From positions 257 through 64,256 of the forward strand of contig CAVRUI010000002.1 in assembly GCA_963724345.1 (NCBI GenBank): a stretch of DNA of 64,000 nt. The letters run 5' to 3'. The notes under the pieces are model-generated. The model was given only the letters and a program-made list of their open reading frames with translations. It was not told the origin of the DNA and ran no database searches. Position 1 is the stretch's first letter; each line of letters opens with the position of its first letter. This document shows, one piece after another, positions 29,732-39,409 of this stretch. Source of the DNA: an uncultured Chloroflexia bacterium (lineage in GTDB: Bacteria; Chloroflexota; Anaerolineae; Anaerolineales; RBG-16-64-43). A program made the translations under genes and the position numbers.

Positions 29732-30952
29732 ATGGCAATCAAAACAGAAATTCAGAAAGAACATAATTATTCGTTTGATTTTCTGCGCGTGATCGCCATG
29801 CTCGGGGTCGTACTCTATCATTCGGCCGCGGCATACAGTTTTCTTTCCCCGTACTGGGCCGTTCACGATACGCAGAATATATTGGGGGATGTATTGCGGG
29901 AGTGGCTCGTCGTTTTTATCATGCCTTTTTTCTTTTTTGCGGCGGGTTTCTTCGTCCTCCCTTCCCTGCGGAACGATACCACGCTGCAGTTTATCTGGAA
30001 AAAAATTAGAAGGCTCGGGATGTATTGGATTTTCGCCGTCTTGATCATCATCCCGTTTTTCAGTTCGAAAACGAGCGAGTGGACCGGAACGTATTTCGAT
30101 TATTGGATCGGCTCCCTGCTGAGCGTCCGGGATGCGAGGGTGGGGCCGATGGTCCTCGGCCAGCCCAACAATATGCATTTTTGGTTTATCTCCCTGTTGC
30201 TGTATGTCGATATCCTTTTTGCGGTGGCGTATAAAATCATCACCCGATTCCGCAAACCCGGGCTCGTCGGTCCGCCGGATAATAAATTGACATTATCCCG
30301 CTTGGCGTGGTTCGGTCTTCTGGCCGTGGCCGTGGATTTTCTATTTCTTCTTTTTGTTCCGGATGCAAATTGGATCATTGTCCCGAATGTGATCCAGGTT
30401 AATATTAATCAACTTCCGATCATGGCTTTGTATTTTGGATTCGGCATATACGCCCGGGACAAAGGTTGGTTTGCGAACGATCCCATGCCGTTAACGCTTT
30501 GGCATTGGCTTGGCATTTCTTTCGCGGCCACTGCCGCCTATTTTGTTCTCGGGCAGGAATTCTTCAACCACCTTGCGGTTTCAAACTCCCTGGCGCCGGC
30601 CTACTTGTTCTGCATCGTGTTTATCCGGTCGATTTTGCTTTTGTCCTATCTCATGACGGCCATGGCTGTGGCGGGTATTTATTTCAAAAGAAGAAACGCC
30701 GTATTACATGAATTGGCCGGAGTGTCGTACGAGATTTACCTGGTTCACCTGTTCATCGTTGTGGCCTTCCAGATGTTGTTCGCGGGCTTGCCTTTCATCC
30801 CGGTGGCGGTAAAAATCCCCGCCGTATTCATCCTGTCGACGGGAACAAGCTATGGGTTGGGGAAATTCACCATTTACAAATACCCGAAAATCAGCGCCGT
30901 CGTGATGTTCATTCTATTTTTGGTGATGCCTCTCATCTTTGGTCCGGATTAA
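29732..30952 (+). CDS. acyltransferase family 3 integral membrane O-acyltransferase
   Basis: FDFLRVIAMLGVVLYHSAAAY plus about 10 TM segments. Hand-counted GC is about 51-58%, against 62-66% in the neighbours. Confidence 0.8.
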   Translation: MAIKTEIQKEHNYSFDFLRVIAMLGVVLYHSAAAYSFLSPYWAVHDTQNILGDVLREWLVVFIMPFFFFAAGFFVLPSLRNDTTLQFIWKKIRRLGMYWIFAVLIIIPFFSSKTSEWTGTYFDYWIGSLLSVRDARVGPMVLGQPNNMHFWFISLLLYVDILFAVAYKIITRFRKPGLVGPPDNKLTLSRLAWFGLLAVAVDFLFLLFVPDANWIIVPNVIQVNINQLPIMALYFGFGIYARDKGWFANDPMPLTLWHWLGISFAATAAYFVLGQEFFNHLAVSNSLAPAYLFCIVFIRSILLLSYLMTAMAVAGIYFKRRNAVLHELAGVSYEIYLVHLFIVVAFQMLFAGLPFIPVAVKIPAVFILSTGTSYGLGKFTIYKYPKISAVVMFILFLVMPLIFGPD

Positions 30953-31155
30953 CTTTTCGGAATACGGATATCGAACGTAAAGACGCAAAGCACTCGAAGG
31001 GATTACCAATATAACCTTGGCGCTCTTTGCGGCCCCGGCTAGATCCCTCGCTTTGCTCGGGACAGGTTTTGCGGTAAAAATGTTTTTAGAACGACTTCTT
31101 GGAAGATTCCGTGTACAATTCACGACCAACTCTGATCGGACGATCCCGGTTTTCC

Positions 31156-32202
31156 ATGAAAACATACAACCTCTTTTTTCTCGGCTTCGGAACCGTCGGC
31201 CGCGCGCTGGCGCGCATGCTGCAGGAGAAACAACCCCTCCTGCAGGAAACCTATGCGTCGTCTTTTCAGTTGGCGGGTGTGGCCACCCGCCGGCACGGCT
31301 GCGCCTGGAACCCGGCCGGTTTGAACATGGATGAATTTCTGCGCCTTGCGGATTCCGGGGAGCGGATCGGGAAGCGATCCTTTGAAGAAGCCGACCTCGA
31401 ATCACTCCTGAAGAATTCACAAGCGGATATCCTGGTGGAGATCACACCCACCAATCGCGGGGACGGCGAGCCGGCAATTTCCCATATCCGGACCGCGCTC
31501 CGCAGCGGACGGCACGCGGTCACGGCCAACAAGGGGCCGGCAGCCTTCGCCTACCGCGAGTTGAGGGACGTGGCGCGGCAGGCGGGCAGGCAATTCCTGT
31601 TCGAAGCCGCCGTTATGGACGGCACGCCGGTCTTTTCCCTGCAGCGGGAAGCGCTTCCGGCCGCGCGCATCCTCGGCTTCCGCGCGATCCTTAATTCCAC
31701 GACCAACTACCTGCTGACCCGGATGGAGAAGGGGATGGATTTCGAGGAGGCGGTTCAGGCGGCGCAGGCGGCCGGGATCGCCGAGACCGACCCGCTGGCG
31801 GACGTAGAAGGATGGGACGCCGTGCTTAAAGTGGCGGCTCTGGTGAACGTGATGATGGATTTTCCGCTTGCGCCGGCGGCGGTCACGCGCCAGGGCATCG
31901 GCATCCTGGACCCGGCGGAGGTCCGCCGAGCCCGGGAGGAGGATCGGCCGTTCAAGCTGGTCTGCCGCGCCATCCGCACCACCGACGGCGTGGCGGGCTC
32001 CGTCCGGCCGGAACAGGTTTCCATGGACGATCCGCTGGCTTCCGTCGGCGGCACGGGAACGATCCTGTTCCTGGAGACCGATTCGCTGCCCGGGTTGATC
32101 ATCGGCGGCACCGCACCGAGTCCGAAGACCACTGCCTACGGGCTGCTCTCGGACCTGATCGCCATCGCCCGCGCCACCCCCTCCCTGCCCTCCCCCGTTT
32201 AG
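31156..32202 (+). CDS. homoserine dehydrogenase family protein (no ACT domain)
   Basis: LGFGTVGRALARML is the NAD(P) fold. ANKGPAAFAYREL and FEAAVMDGTPVFS are also present. Confidence 0.6.
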   Translation: MKTYNLFFLGFGTVGRALARMLQEKQPLLQETYASSFQLAGVATRRHGCAWNPAGLNMDEFLRLADSGERIGKRSFEEADLESLLKNSQADILVEITPTNRGDGEPAISHIRTALRSGRHAVTANKGPAAFAYRELRDVARQAGRQFLFEAAVMDGTPVFSLQREALPAARILGFRAILNSTTNYLLTRMEKGMDFEEAVQAAQAAGIAETDPLADVEGWDAVLKVAALVNVMMDFPLAPAAVTRQGIGILDPAEVRRAREEDRPFKLVCRAIRTTDGVAGSVRPEQVSMDDPLASVGGTGTILFLETDSLPGLIIGGTAPSPKTTAYGLLSDLIAIARATPSLPSPV

Positions 32203-32242
32203 CGTAATTCCGCTAAACGGGGGAGGGCAGAGAAGGGGGTGG
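32177..32242. repeat. GC-rich REP-like palindrome (ccctcc...ggaggg family)
   Basis: ccccctccctgccctcccccgtttagcg is opposed by cgctaaacgggggagggcagagaagggggtgg. It overlaps the last codons of the preceding gene. Confidence 0.75.
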
Positions 32243-32320
32243 CGGTCTCCAATTCGGTATAATCCGCATCTACCCGCACGGCCGGCAAGGCCGGCGGAAG
32301 CGTTCCTTCTGGAGGCGAGC

Positions 32321-34097
32321 ATGTACAAGACCATCCGCTGCGGCGATCTGCGCGCCGGGGATATCGGCAAGGAAGTCACCCTGGCCGGGTGGGTCGACCG
32401 CTGGCGGGATCACGGCGGGGTGATCTTCCTCGATATCCGCGACCGCTGGGGGGTGGTGCAGGCGACGGCCAATCCGGAGTTGGCGGCCGCCGCGCACGAG
32501 ACGGCCGCGAAACTGCGCAACGAGTTCGTCGTGCAGATCCACGGCATCGTCCGCAAACGCCCGGCCGGGATGGAGAATCCAAACCTCGCCACCGGCGAGG
32601 TCGAGGTCGAATCCCGCGAGGTGGTGGTTTTAAACGCGGCGCTGACTCCCCCCTTCAACATCAACGAAGAATCGCCTGTCGACGAAAACGTTCGCCTCAA
32701 ATACCGCTACCTGGACCTGCGCCGCGAGCGTCTGCAGAAGCAACCTTGTCCTGCGCCACAAGATCACCAAATTCATGCGCGATTACCTCGACCCGCACGG
32801 GTTCATCGAGGTCGAGACCCCGATCCTCTTCAAAACGACTCCCGAGGGCGCGCGGGATTACCTGGTGCCGTCGCGCGTGCACCCCGGGTGCTTCTACGCC
32901 CTGCCGCAAAGCCCGCAGCAGCTCAAGCAGCTGCTGATGGTGGCCGGCGTGGAACGCTACTTCCAGATCGCGCGCTGCTTCCGCGACGAGGACCAGCGCG
33001 GCGACCGCCAGCCCGAATTCACCCAGCTGGACCTGGAAATGTCGTTCGTCCACCGCGACGACGTGCTCGACCTGATGGAGGGCCTCTTCACCGAACTGAT
33101 CCCCGCCGTCGCGCCGCAGAAGAAAATCCACCAGACGCCGTTCCCGCGGCTGACCTGGCACGAGGCGATGAACCGCTACGGGATCGACAAGCCCGACTTG
33201 CGCTTCGGGATGGAGCTCCACGACGTCAGCGCGGTTTTCGCCAAGAGCGAATTCAAGGTGTTCCAGGAAGTCCTGAAAAGCGGCGGCGTGATCAAATGCA
33301 TCGCCGTCGCCGGGCTGCGCCGCGTACAGCCGCAAGGACGTGGACGACCTGATGACGTTCGCCCGCGAGCAGGGCGGGCAGGGGCTGGCGACGGTCGCCT
33401 ACACCGGCGAGGGGGTCAAGGGATCGGTGGCAAAGTTTGTCACCGCCGGGGAAGCCGCCGCGCTGAAGACAACTGACCGGCGCCTCGGACGGGGATCTGA
33501 TCCTGCTGGTGGCGGATAAGCTGATGACGGCCAACAAGGTCCTCGGCGCGCTGCGGCATGCTCTTCCGCGACCGGCTCAACCTGGCGGACAAGGATAAGA
33601 TTTCCCTCGTCTGGGTGATCGATTTCCCGATGTTCCACTGGAACGAGGAGGAGAAACGCTGGGAGGCGGAACACCACCCCTTCACCATGCCCAAGGAAGC
33701 CGATCTCCCCAAGATCGACACGGACCCGGGATCGGTGCTTTCGGACGCGTACGACCTGGTGATCAACGGGATCGAACTGGGATCGGGTTCGATCCGCATC
33801 CACCGCCGCGACATCCAGCAGAAAATATTCGAGCGGATCGGACTGAGCGAGGAGGAAATCCACGCCCGGTTCGGGCACCTGCTCGAGGCGTTCGAATACG
33901 GCGCGCCGCCCCACGGCGGCATGGCGCCCGGCATCGACCGGCTGACGATGGTGCTCGCGGACGAGCCCAACATCCGCGAGGTGATCGCCTTCCCGAAGAA
34001 TCAGCAGGCGATCGACGTCATGGCGGACGCGCCCTCGCCGGCCGATCCGAAGCAGCTCAAGGATTTGCACATCCGCCTGCTTGACGAAACAAAATAA
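32321..34097 (+). CDS. aspS: aspartate--tRNA ligase, interrupted by about four frameshifts (near 32740, 33310, 33480, 33555)
   Basis: N-terminal OB domain ([26 protein letters not shown]), class II motif 2 ([24 protein letters not shown]) and motif 3 ([15 protein letters not shown]). The pieces lie in ORFs 32321-, 32775- and 33558- plus two short linking frames. Confidence 0.9.
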
Positions 34098-34187
34098 AGG
34101 GCGTAGATTTTACCGCGCGGGCCTGCCTTGGCGGAATGCGCGGGTCGGTTTTGGTCTGCGACCCGCACGAATAAGAAGCAAGGGTAA

Positions 34188-34216
34188 TTGCACTTGCCCG
34201 GCAATGGTGGTATAAG
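34188..34216 (+). promoter_or_regulatory. sigma70-type promoter of the candidate sRNA
   Basis: TTGCAC (34188-34193), 17-nt spacer, TATAAG (34211-34216). Confidence 0.45.
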
Positions 34217-34221
34217 AATCG

Positions 34222-34436
34222 CGCCCTGCTGTGTTCGTGATGTTGCACAACGGTTTTGAGCCAATACTCCGAACATGGGGACTTATTCTCACGAGGGCGA
34301 AGCGATAGGCCTCGGCCAAGGCTGGACCCGACGGTAGGTTCCCACCTGCGCAAGCAGGTTCAAAATCACGCAGCACACGGCATCGCGGGGTACGTTGACT
34401 ATAAAAATCGCCGGATAACATCCGGCGATTTTTTTA
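34222..34436 (+). ncRNA. candidate 6S-like small RNA (about 170-215 nt, boundaries approximate)
   Basis: Noncoding stretch bounded by a promoter and an intrinsic terminator. The 5' segment 34224-34245 can pair imperfectly with 34361-34390 to form a long closing helix. An internal GNRA hairpin cctgc-gcaa-gcagg lies at 34345-34358. TGAGCCAATA and GGTTCAA resemble segments I recall from enterobacterial 6S RNA. Confidence 0.45.
34404..34436 (+). terminator. intrinsic terminator (A tract on the left suggests bidirectional use)
   Basis: aaaaatcgccgga-taaca-tccggcgattttttt. Confidence 0.7.
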
Positions 34437-34452
34437 TTATAGTGAAAAAAAT

Positions 34453-34549
34453 TAGACAGGATTTACATGATTTCTCAGGATTGACAGGATTTCTTTTAAT
34501 TTTTTTTAAAATCCTGTAAATCCTGACCAAATCCTGTCAATCCTGTCTA
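34453..34549. repeat. word-hairpin repeat, family A, largest copy
   Basis: tagacaggatttacatgatttctcaggattgacaggatttc is opposed by aaatcctgtaaatcctgaccaaatcctgtcaatcctgtcta around ttttaatttttttt. It lies between the convergent sRNA candidate and miaB. Confidence 0.85.
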
Positions 34550-35894
34550 TTGCCTTTCGCCCTTCCCTGCAAACTCCATGCCGAAGCGAGTGTAATTTCC
34601 ACATCGACCAATTTCGCCATTGCAATCGCGGGTGTCATCGTCGAAGAACACCAACCGGTTGGTGCGCGTCCGCCCAAACCAGCGCCCCTTATGCTTTCCT
34701 TCGACCAGCACCTCGACGGTCTTGCCGAGCAGCGCGGCATTTTTCTCGGCTGCGATCCGCTCCTGCAATTCCTCGAGCAGCCGGAAGCGGCGCATCTTTT
34801 CTCGCGGCGGGCACATCGTCGGGAAAATTCCGCGCGGAGAACGTATCCGGGCGCGGCGAATAGCGCGCCAGGTGTGCCACATCGAGCCGCAATTCGGCCA
34901 GCAGGTCGAACGTATGCTGGAACTGCTCCTCGGTCTCGCCCGGGAAACCGACAATCACGTCGGTGGCGATCGAGGCGTCCGGGATGCGGGACCGGATTCG
35001 GCCGATCAGGCTCCGGTAATCCTCCGCGGTGTAGCCGCGCTTCATCCGCTCGAGGACCGCGTCGTCCCCCGCCTGGACCGGCACTTCGATGTGTTCGCAC
35101 ACCTTCGGCAGATCCGCCGCGGCTTCGATCAGCTCGTCCGTCATCCAGTTCGGGTGCGAGGTGAGGAAACGGATGCGCTCCAATCCATCGATCGCGTTCA
35201 CCTTCCGGAGCAGCGCGGGCAGGTCCGGCCCGCCGGTATCTTTTCCGTAGCGATCGACGATCTGCCCCAGCAGAGTGACCTCGCGCGCCCCCATCTCGAC
35301 CCAATCACGGACCTCTTTCATGATCTCAGTTTCCGGCCGCGAGCGCTCGCCGCCGCGGCGGTAAGGGATGACGCAGTAGGTGCAGGCATGCGAGCAGCCC
35401 AGCACAATCGGCACCAGCGCGGCTGCCGGCGGTGTGCCGGAATCGCCGGGAGCGAGAAATGGAAAGCGCGCCCGTCCGGGAGTCGAATCTTCCGAAACGG
35501 CCGATTGAAGGGCGGCGATCGTCTCCCCCGAGGCGTGGACGGGGCGCTCGCGGAGAAGGAAGCGCACCAGCGGCCGCGGATCCGAGGGCGGCGAGAACAC
35601 GTCCACGAATGGAAAACGTTTTCGCAAGCCATCCGGCTCCCGGCGTCCGACCAGGCAGCCCATCAGGTTGATCACCAGATCCGGATTGCGAATTTTGAGC
35701 GGCCGGAGCGAGGTCAGCCGGCCGTAGGCTTTATCCTCCGCGCTCTGGCGCACGACGCAGGTATTGAGCACGATCACGTCGGCATCCTCGGGGCGCGCGG
35801 CCGGCTGGTACCCGAGCGCTTCCAGCGCCCCGGCCACGCGCCGGGAATCCGACGCGTTCATTTGACAACCTTCGGTCCAAAGATGATAAAACAT
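34537..35894 (-). CDS. miaB: tRNA-2-methylthio-N6-dimethylallyladenosine synthase, two frameshifts (near 34806-34811 and 34607-34611)
   Basis: TEGCQMN (N-terminal cluster), CSHACTYCVIPYRRG (radical SAM CxxxCxxC) and a TRAM-domain end KLVDVEITLASAWSLQG in the third frame. Confidence 0.9.
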
Positions 35895-35910
35895 GGCACG
35901 ACCGACCCAA

Positions 35911-35984
35911 CCTCCCCACCCCCATCCCCGAGGATGTAGGGGCGACCCATTGGGTCGCCCCTACAGGGGAAGGGGTGAGGGTTG
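35911..35984. repeat. GC-rich REP-like palindrome (taggggcgaccc family nested in ccctcc arms)
   Basis: gtaggggcgacccattgggtcgcccctac flanked by cctccccacccccatcccc / ggggaaggggtgaggg. Confidence 0.8.
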
Positions 35985-35985
35985 A

Positions 35986-36375
35986 TCAGGTCTTCCCTTT
36001 CACTTTTTCCATAAACCGTTTTTGATCGACGATCACGCGCACGTGCCGCCCCTCGCCGACCTTTTCCTTTTCGTCAAACACCTCAGCCGAGAAAACGATC
36101 CGGCGGCCGTCGATTTCCTCGATCCGGACTTTGGCGGTCACTTTCATTCCAAGCGGCGTGGGCGCCAGATGGCGGACGAATACTTCCGCGCCGACCGTTG
36201 TCTGCCCGCCGGGGAGGTGCATCTGCGCCAGCACCTGGGCGGCGTGTTCGACCAGCCACACCATCGAAGGCGTGGAGAGCACCGCCGCCGTGCCCGTCTC
36301 GAGGTGCTTGGCGGTCCGTTCCGTCGTGACGGTCATCGACATTTCATGGGTCAATCCCGCGGTTAGTTCCGGCAT
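35986..36375 (-). CDS. hotdog-fold thioesterase (FlK/YiiD-like)
   Basis: 129 aa. The pattern LTHEMSMTVTTERTAKHL...STPSMVWLVEHAA...VGAEVFVRHLAPTPLG is typical of this thioesterase clade. Confidence 0.65.
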   Translation of the reverse strand: MPELTAGLTHEMSMTVTTERTAKHLETGTAAVLSTPSMVWLVEHAAQVLAQMHLPGGQTTVGAEVFVRHLAPTPLGMKVTAKVRIEEIDGRRIVFSAEVFDEKEKVGEGRHVRVIVDQKRFMEKVKGKT

Positions 36376-36553
36376 TCCGGATCTCCGTTCGAAAAATAGG
36401 TGCACTGGGTTATTCGCGACACCGATACACCGAAAATACCGATGTTCACCGAGATCCCTGTTATATGATGTGCTTCAGCGTCCCGTTTTTTCGGTGTTTC
36501 GGTGTACTCATTTTTCCGTATGGCAACCGAAGGGCTAAAGTATAATCCTTTGC

Positions 36554-39409
36554 ATGCGCCTTGAATCACAACTTTCAAGGATCGTTCGTGAAAGGCGGCT
36601 GCGCCGGGCCCGCAAAGGAAAGCGCGCGCGCCCGCTCGGCAGGATTCTGCTGCTCGCGGCGGGATTGATTTGCGCGGCGGGCGCGGTGATCCTGACGGCC
36701 CCTTTACCGCTTCCCGCGCCGGATCTGCAGATGGGAGCCCGGCCGCAAGGCGCGCGTTTTTACGACCGGACGGGAAAGCTGCTGATCGAAGCCGGCTCCG
36801 CGCGCGCCCGGGAAGCCCGCTGGTATGCGGCCGGAAACGCGCCGGAAACGGATTGCGTCCTTCCCGCGTATCTTGCCGCGCGGAATTTATCGCTTGAGGA
36901 AATCCGTTCGCCGGACCTGACGGGTGCGGTGCGCGCATTCGCCAATTCCCTGGCGGGGGCAAACGATCCGGCGGCGGATGCCGCCGCCGAACTGCTGGCG
37001 ATGCATGGGAGTGAACACGGCTTTCTGGAAAAAGCGCGCCTGGCGGCGGCGCTGGCCGCGCGCTACGGAAGGCTCGAACTGGCCGAATGGATGATCAACG
37101 TCCGGCTGTACGGCAACGGGTCGGTCGGCGTGGACGACGCCGCATTGACGAGCTTCGGCGTGCACGCCGCGGCGCTTTCGGATGCGCAATGCGCCGCGTT
37201 GGAAACGCTCGCCGCGGATCCGGCTCTGAAAGATGATTCCGCGGCCTGGTACGATGCCCGGGTCACCTTGCTCAACCGGATGTTCCACGGCGGTTTTATA
37301 AACAAAGCGGAATGGGAACGCGCCGTCGCGGATCCCACACCCACGGCGGCGGACGAACCGTCCGCGCCCGGCGGGCCGGATCCGGTTTTCGGCGGAAAAC
37401 TTCCGATTCTGGATTCTTTTCTTGAACTGGCCAGCGACCGCCTTGACGGCCGCTTCCCGAAAAAAGAACTGCCCCGGTCCGGGATCCGGGTCTTTACGAC
37501 GATGGATCTGGATTTCGAATTGCAGCTCCTGTGCTCGGCGCAAAATCTGCTCGCTCCGCCGGCGGACCCGTCCGCCGCCCTGCCCACGCTGGAAGGGAAA
37601 TCGTGCGACATGGCCGCGCTGCTGGGCCCGGTGTCCGGGTCCGGATTGCCGGAGGATCTCGCGCTGGCGGTGATCGATCCGGCGACCGGCGAGGTGCTGG
37701 CGTACTTCTCCTCCGCCCGCGGCGGGGATTCGAGCGCCCGCGGCCCGGCGGGAACGGCGCTCCTTCCGTTTGTGTACCTCTCGGCATTTGCGCGCGGATA
37801 TTCGCCGGCGTCGATGCTGCTCGATATTCCCCGCGCGGACCTCCCGGAAAATCCGAACCGGGAGTACCGCGGGCCGCTTTCCGCGCGGACGGCGCTTCAG
37901 CAGCGGGCGCTCGCGGCTGCGGTTGGAATGGCCGCCAGCGTGGGCGGCGACCATATCGGCCGCTCCCTTTCACTCCTCGGCTTGACCGATAACGGAACCG
38001 CCGGGATCACTTTGGAGGAACGGCTTCAACAACCTGTCGAGCTTCTCGCCATTACACAAGCCTATGCGACTCTGGCGGGCGGCGGATTGGAAACGGCCGA
38101 CCTCGCGAGCGGCGCCGCCGCGGTTATTTTACGGGTGGAGCAGAACGACGGAACGCCGCTCGAGGAATATGCGCAGCGCCAGACCCGGCGCGTGTTCGGA
38201 ACCGATCTGGCCTTCCTTCTGCAGGATATCCTTTCCGACCGGTCCGCGCGCACAGACCTCGCCGCGCCGGCGCTGGCGGGATCCCGCAGCACGGTCGCGG
38301 CCGCACTGGGTGAAGAGTTATCCGCGGAGAGCGCCTGGGCCTTTGCGCTGACACCCGGCTTCGCGGTGGGAGTCCGCGGCCGGGCGTACGCGGCGGAGGC
38401 CGCGGACCCGAAGCCGTCCTGGATTCTGGCGCAGGCCGCCGCGGGCTGGGCGTTGCGCGCGCTCCCGGTCCAGACGTGGACCGAACCGCCCGGGATAGTC
38501 CGCCGGGATGTATGCGTCCCTTCCGGATTGCTTCCCAGCCGCTATTGCCCGGCCACGGTTTCGGATATCTTCCTCGCGGGAAACGAACCCTCGCAGGCAG
38601 ACGCCTATTACCGGCCGGTGGCGGTCAACCGCGAGACGGGAAGGCTGGCCACATTGTGGACTCCGCTCAATCTGATCGACGAGAAGGTGTTCTTCGTGTT
38701 GGAGGGAGAGGCGCGGATCTGGGCGGAACGATCCGGCTTCCCCATTCCGCCGGATACGTACGACACCCTCCCGGATTCTTTTCCGTATTTCGAGTCTTTA
38801 CACATCTCCGGCCCGTCGCCGCTTTCGGTTGTGCGCGGAAAAGTCGTGGTGCGCGGAACCGCGGCGGAAGCGGGGATGGAACGATACCTGCTTCAGGCCG
38901 GACCGGGGCTTTACCCATCCGTGTGGTACACGCTCGGTTCCGGGGAACGGCCGGTGCGGGAGGACGTGCTGGGTGAGTGGGATACGACCGGTGCCGACGG
39001 AGTCTGGTCGGTTCAACTTACCGCGGTTTTTGCAGGCGGGAAAATCCGCACCGTCGCGATACCGGTGACGCTTGATAACACTCCGCCCATTATCCGGTGG
39101 ATCCAACCGTCCGCTCCGCAGCGGATCTCGGTCGGCGGCGGCGAAGCGTTGATCCTCCAGGTGGACGTGACCGACAACCTGGGCATAGAGAAAGTCGAGT
39201 TTTATCTCGATGGGAAAATCCGCACCCGGCTGGAATCCGGGCCGTTTTCCGTCCGCTGGAGCGGGCTGGCGGCAGGCAGGCATACCTCGAAAATATGCGC
39301 CAGAGACCGGGTCGGGAATGAAACTTGCACCCAAGAGATCGAAGTAGAGGTAGGCTTGAAAATAAGCGGCGGATTACTATACAATACGCCCGGAGAGGTG
39401 GAAACATGA
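36554..39409 (+). CDS. class A penicillin-binding-protein homolog with degenerate glycosyltransferase and transpeptidase motifs, plus C-terminal Ig-like domain
   Basis: N-terminal TM anchor. The GT51 scaffold is recognisable (FYDRTGKLL; RLELAEWMINVRLYGNGSVGV; ARVTLLNRMFHGGFI) but has no EDxxFxxHxG or GxSTITQQ. The transpeptidase scaffold is recognisable (LAVIDPATGEVLAY), but the SxxK position reads GTALLPF and the KTG position reads AALGEE. Confidence 0.7.
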   Translation: MRLESQLSRIVRERRLRRARKGKRARPLGRILLLAAGLICAAGAVILTAPLPLPAPDLQMGARPQGARFYDRTGKLLIEAGSARAREARWYAAGNAPETDCVLPAYLAARNLSLEEIRSPDLTGAVRAFANSLAGANDPAADAAAELLAMHGSEHGFLEKARLAAALAARYGRLELAEWMINVRLYGNGSVGVDDAALTSFGVHAAALSDAQCAALETLAADPALKDDSAAWYDARVTLLNRMFHGGFINKAEWERAVADPTPTAADEPSAPGGPDPVFGGKLPILDSFLELASDRLDGRFPKKELPRSGIRVFTTMDLDFELQLLCSAQNLLAPPADPSAALPTLEGKSCDMAALLGPVSGSGLPEDLALAVIDPATGEVLAYFSSARGGDSSARGPAGTALLPFVYLSAFARGYSPASMLLDIPRADLPENPNREYRGPLSARTALQQRALAAAVGMAASVGGDHIGRSLSLLGLTDNGTAGITLEERLQQPVELLAITQAYATLAGGGLETADLASGAAAVILRVEQNDGTPLEEYAQRQTRRVFGTDLAFLLQDILSDRSARTDLAAPALAGSRSTVAAALGEELSAESAWAFALTPGFAVGVRGRAYAAEAADPKPSWILAQAAAGWALRALPVQTWTEPPGIVRRDVCVPSGLLPSRYCPATVSDIFLAGNEPSQADAYYRPVAVNRETGRLATLWTPLNLIDEKVFFVLEGEARIWAERSGFPIPPDTYDTLPDSFPYFESLHISGPSPLSVVRGKVVVRGTAAEAGMERYLLQAGPGLYPSVWYTLGSGERPVREDVLGEWDTTGADGVWSVQLTAVFAGGKIRTVAIPVTLDNTPPIIRWIQPSAPQRISVGGGEALILQVDVTDNLGIEKVEFYLDGKIRTRLESGPFSVRWSGLAAGRHTSKICARDRVGNETCTQEIEVEVGLKISGGLLYNTPGEVET

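Noticed and set aside
32203-32320. T-box leader or other riboswitch upstream of aspS.
   Set aside because: Only about 118 nt are available, and most of it is a REP-like palindrome plus a TATAAT-like box. There is no specifier-loop or T-box sequence (AGGGTGGNACCGCG-like).
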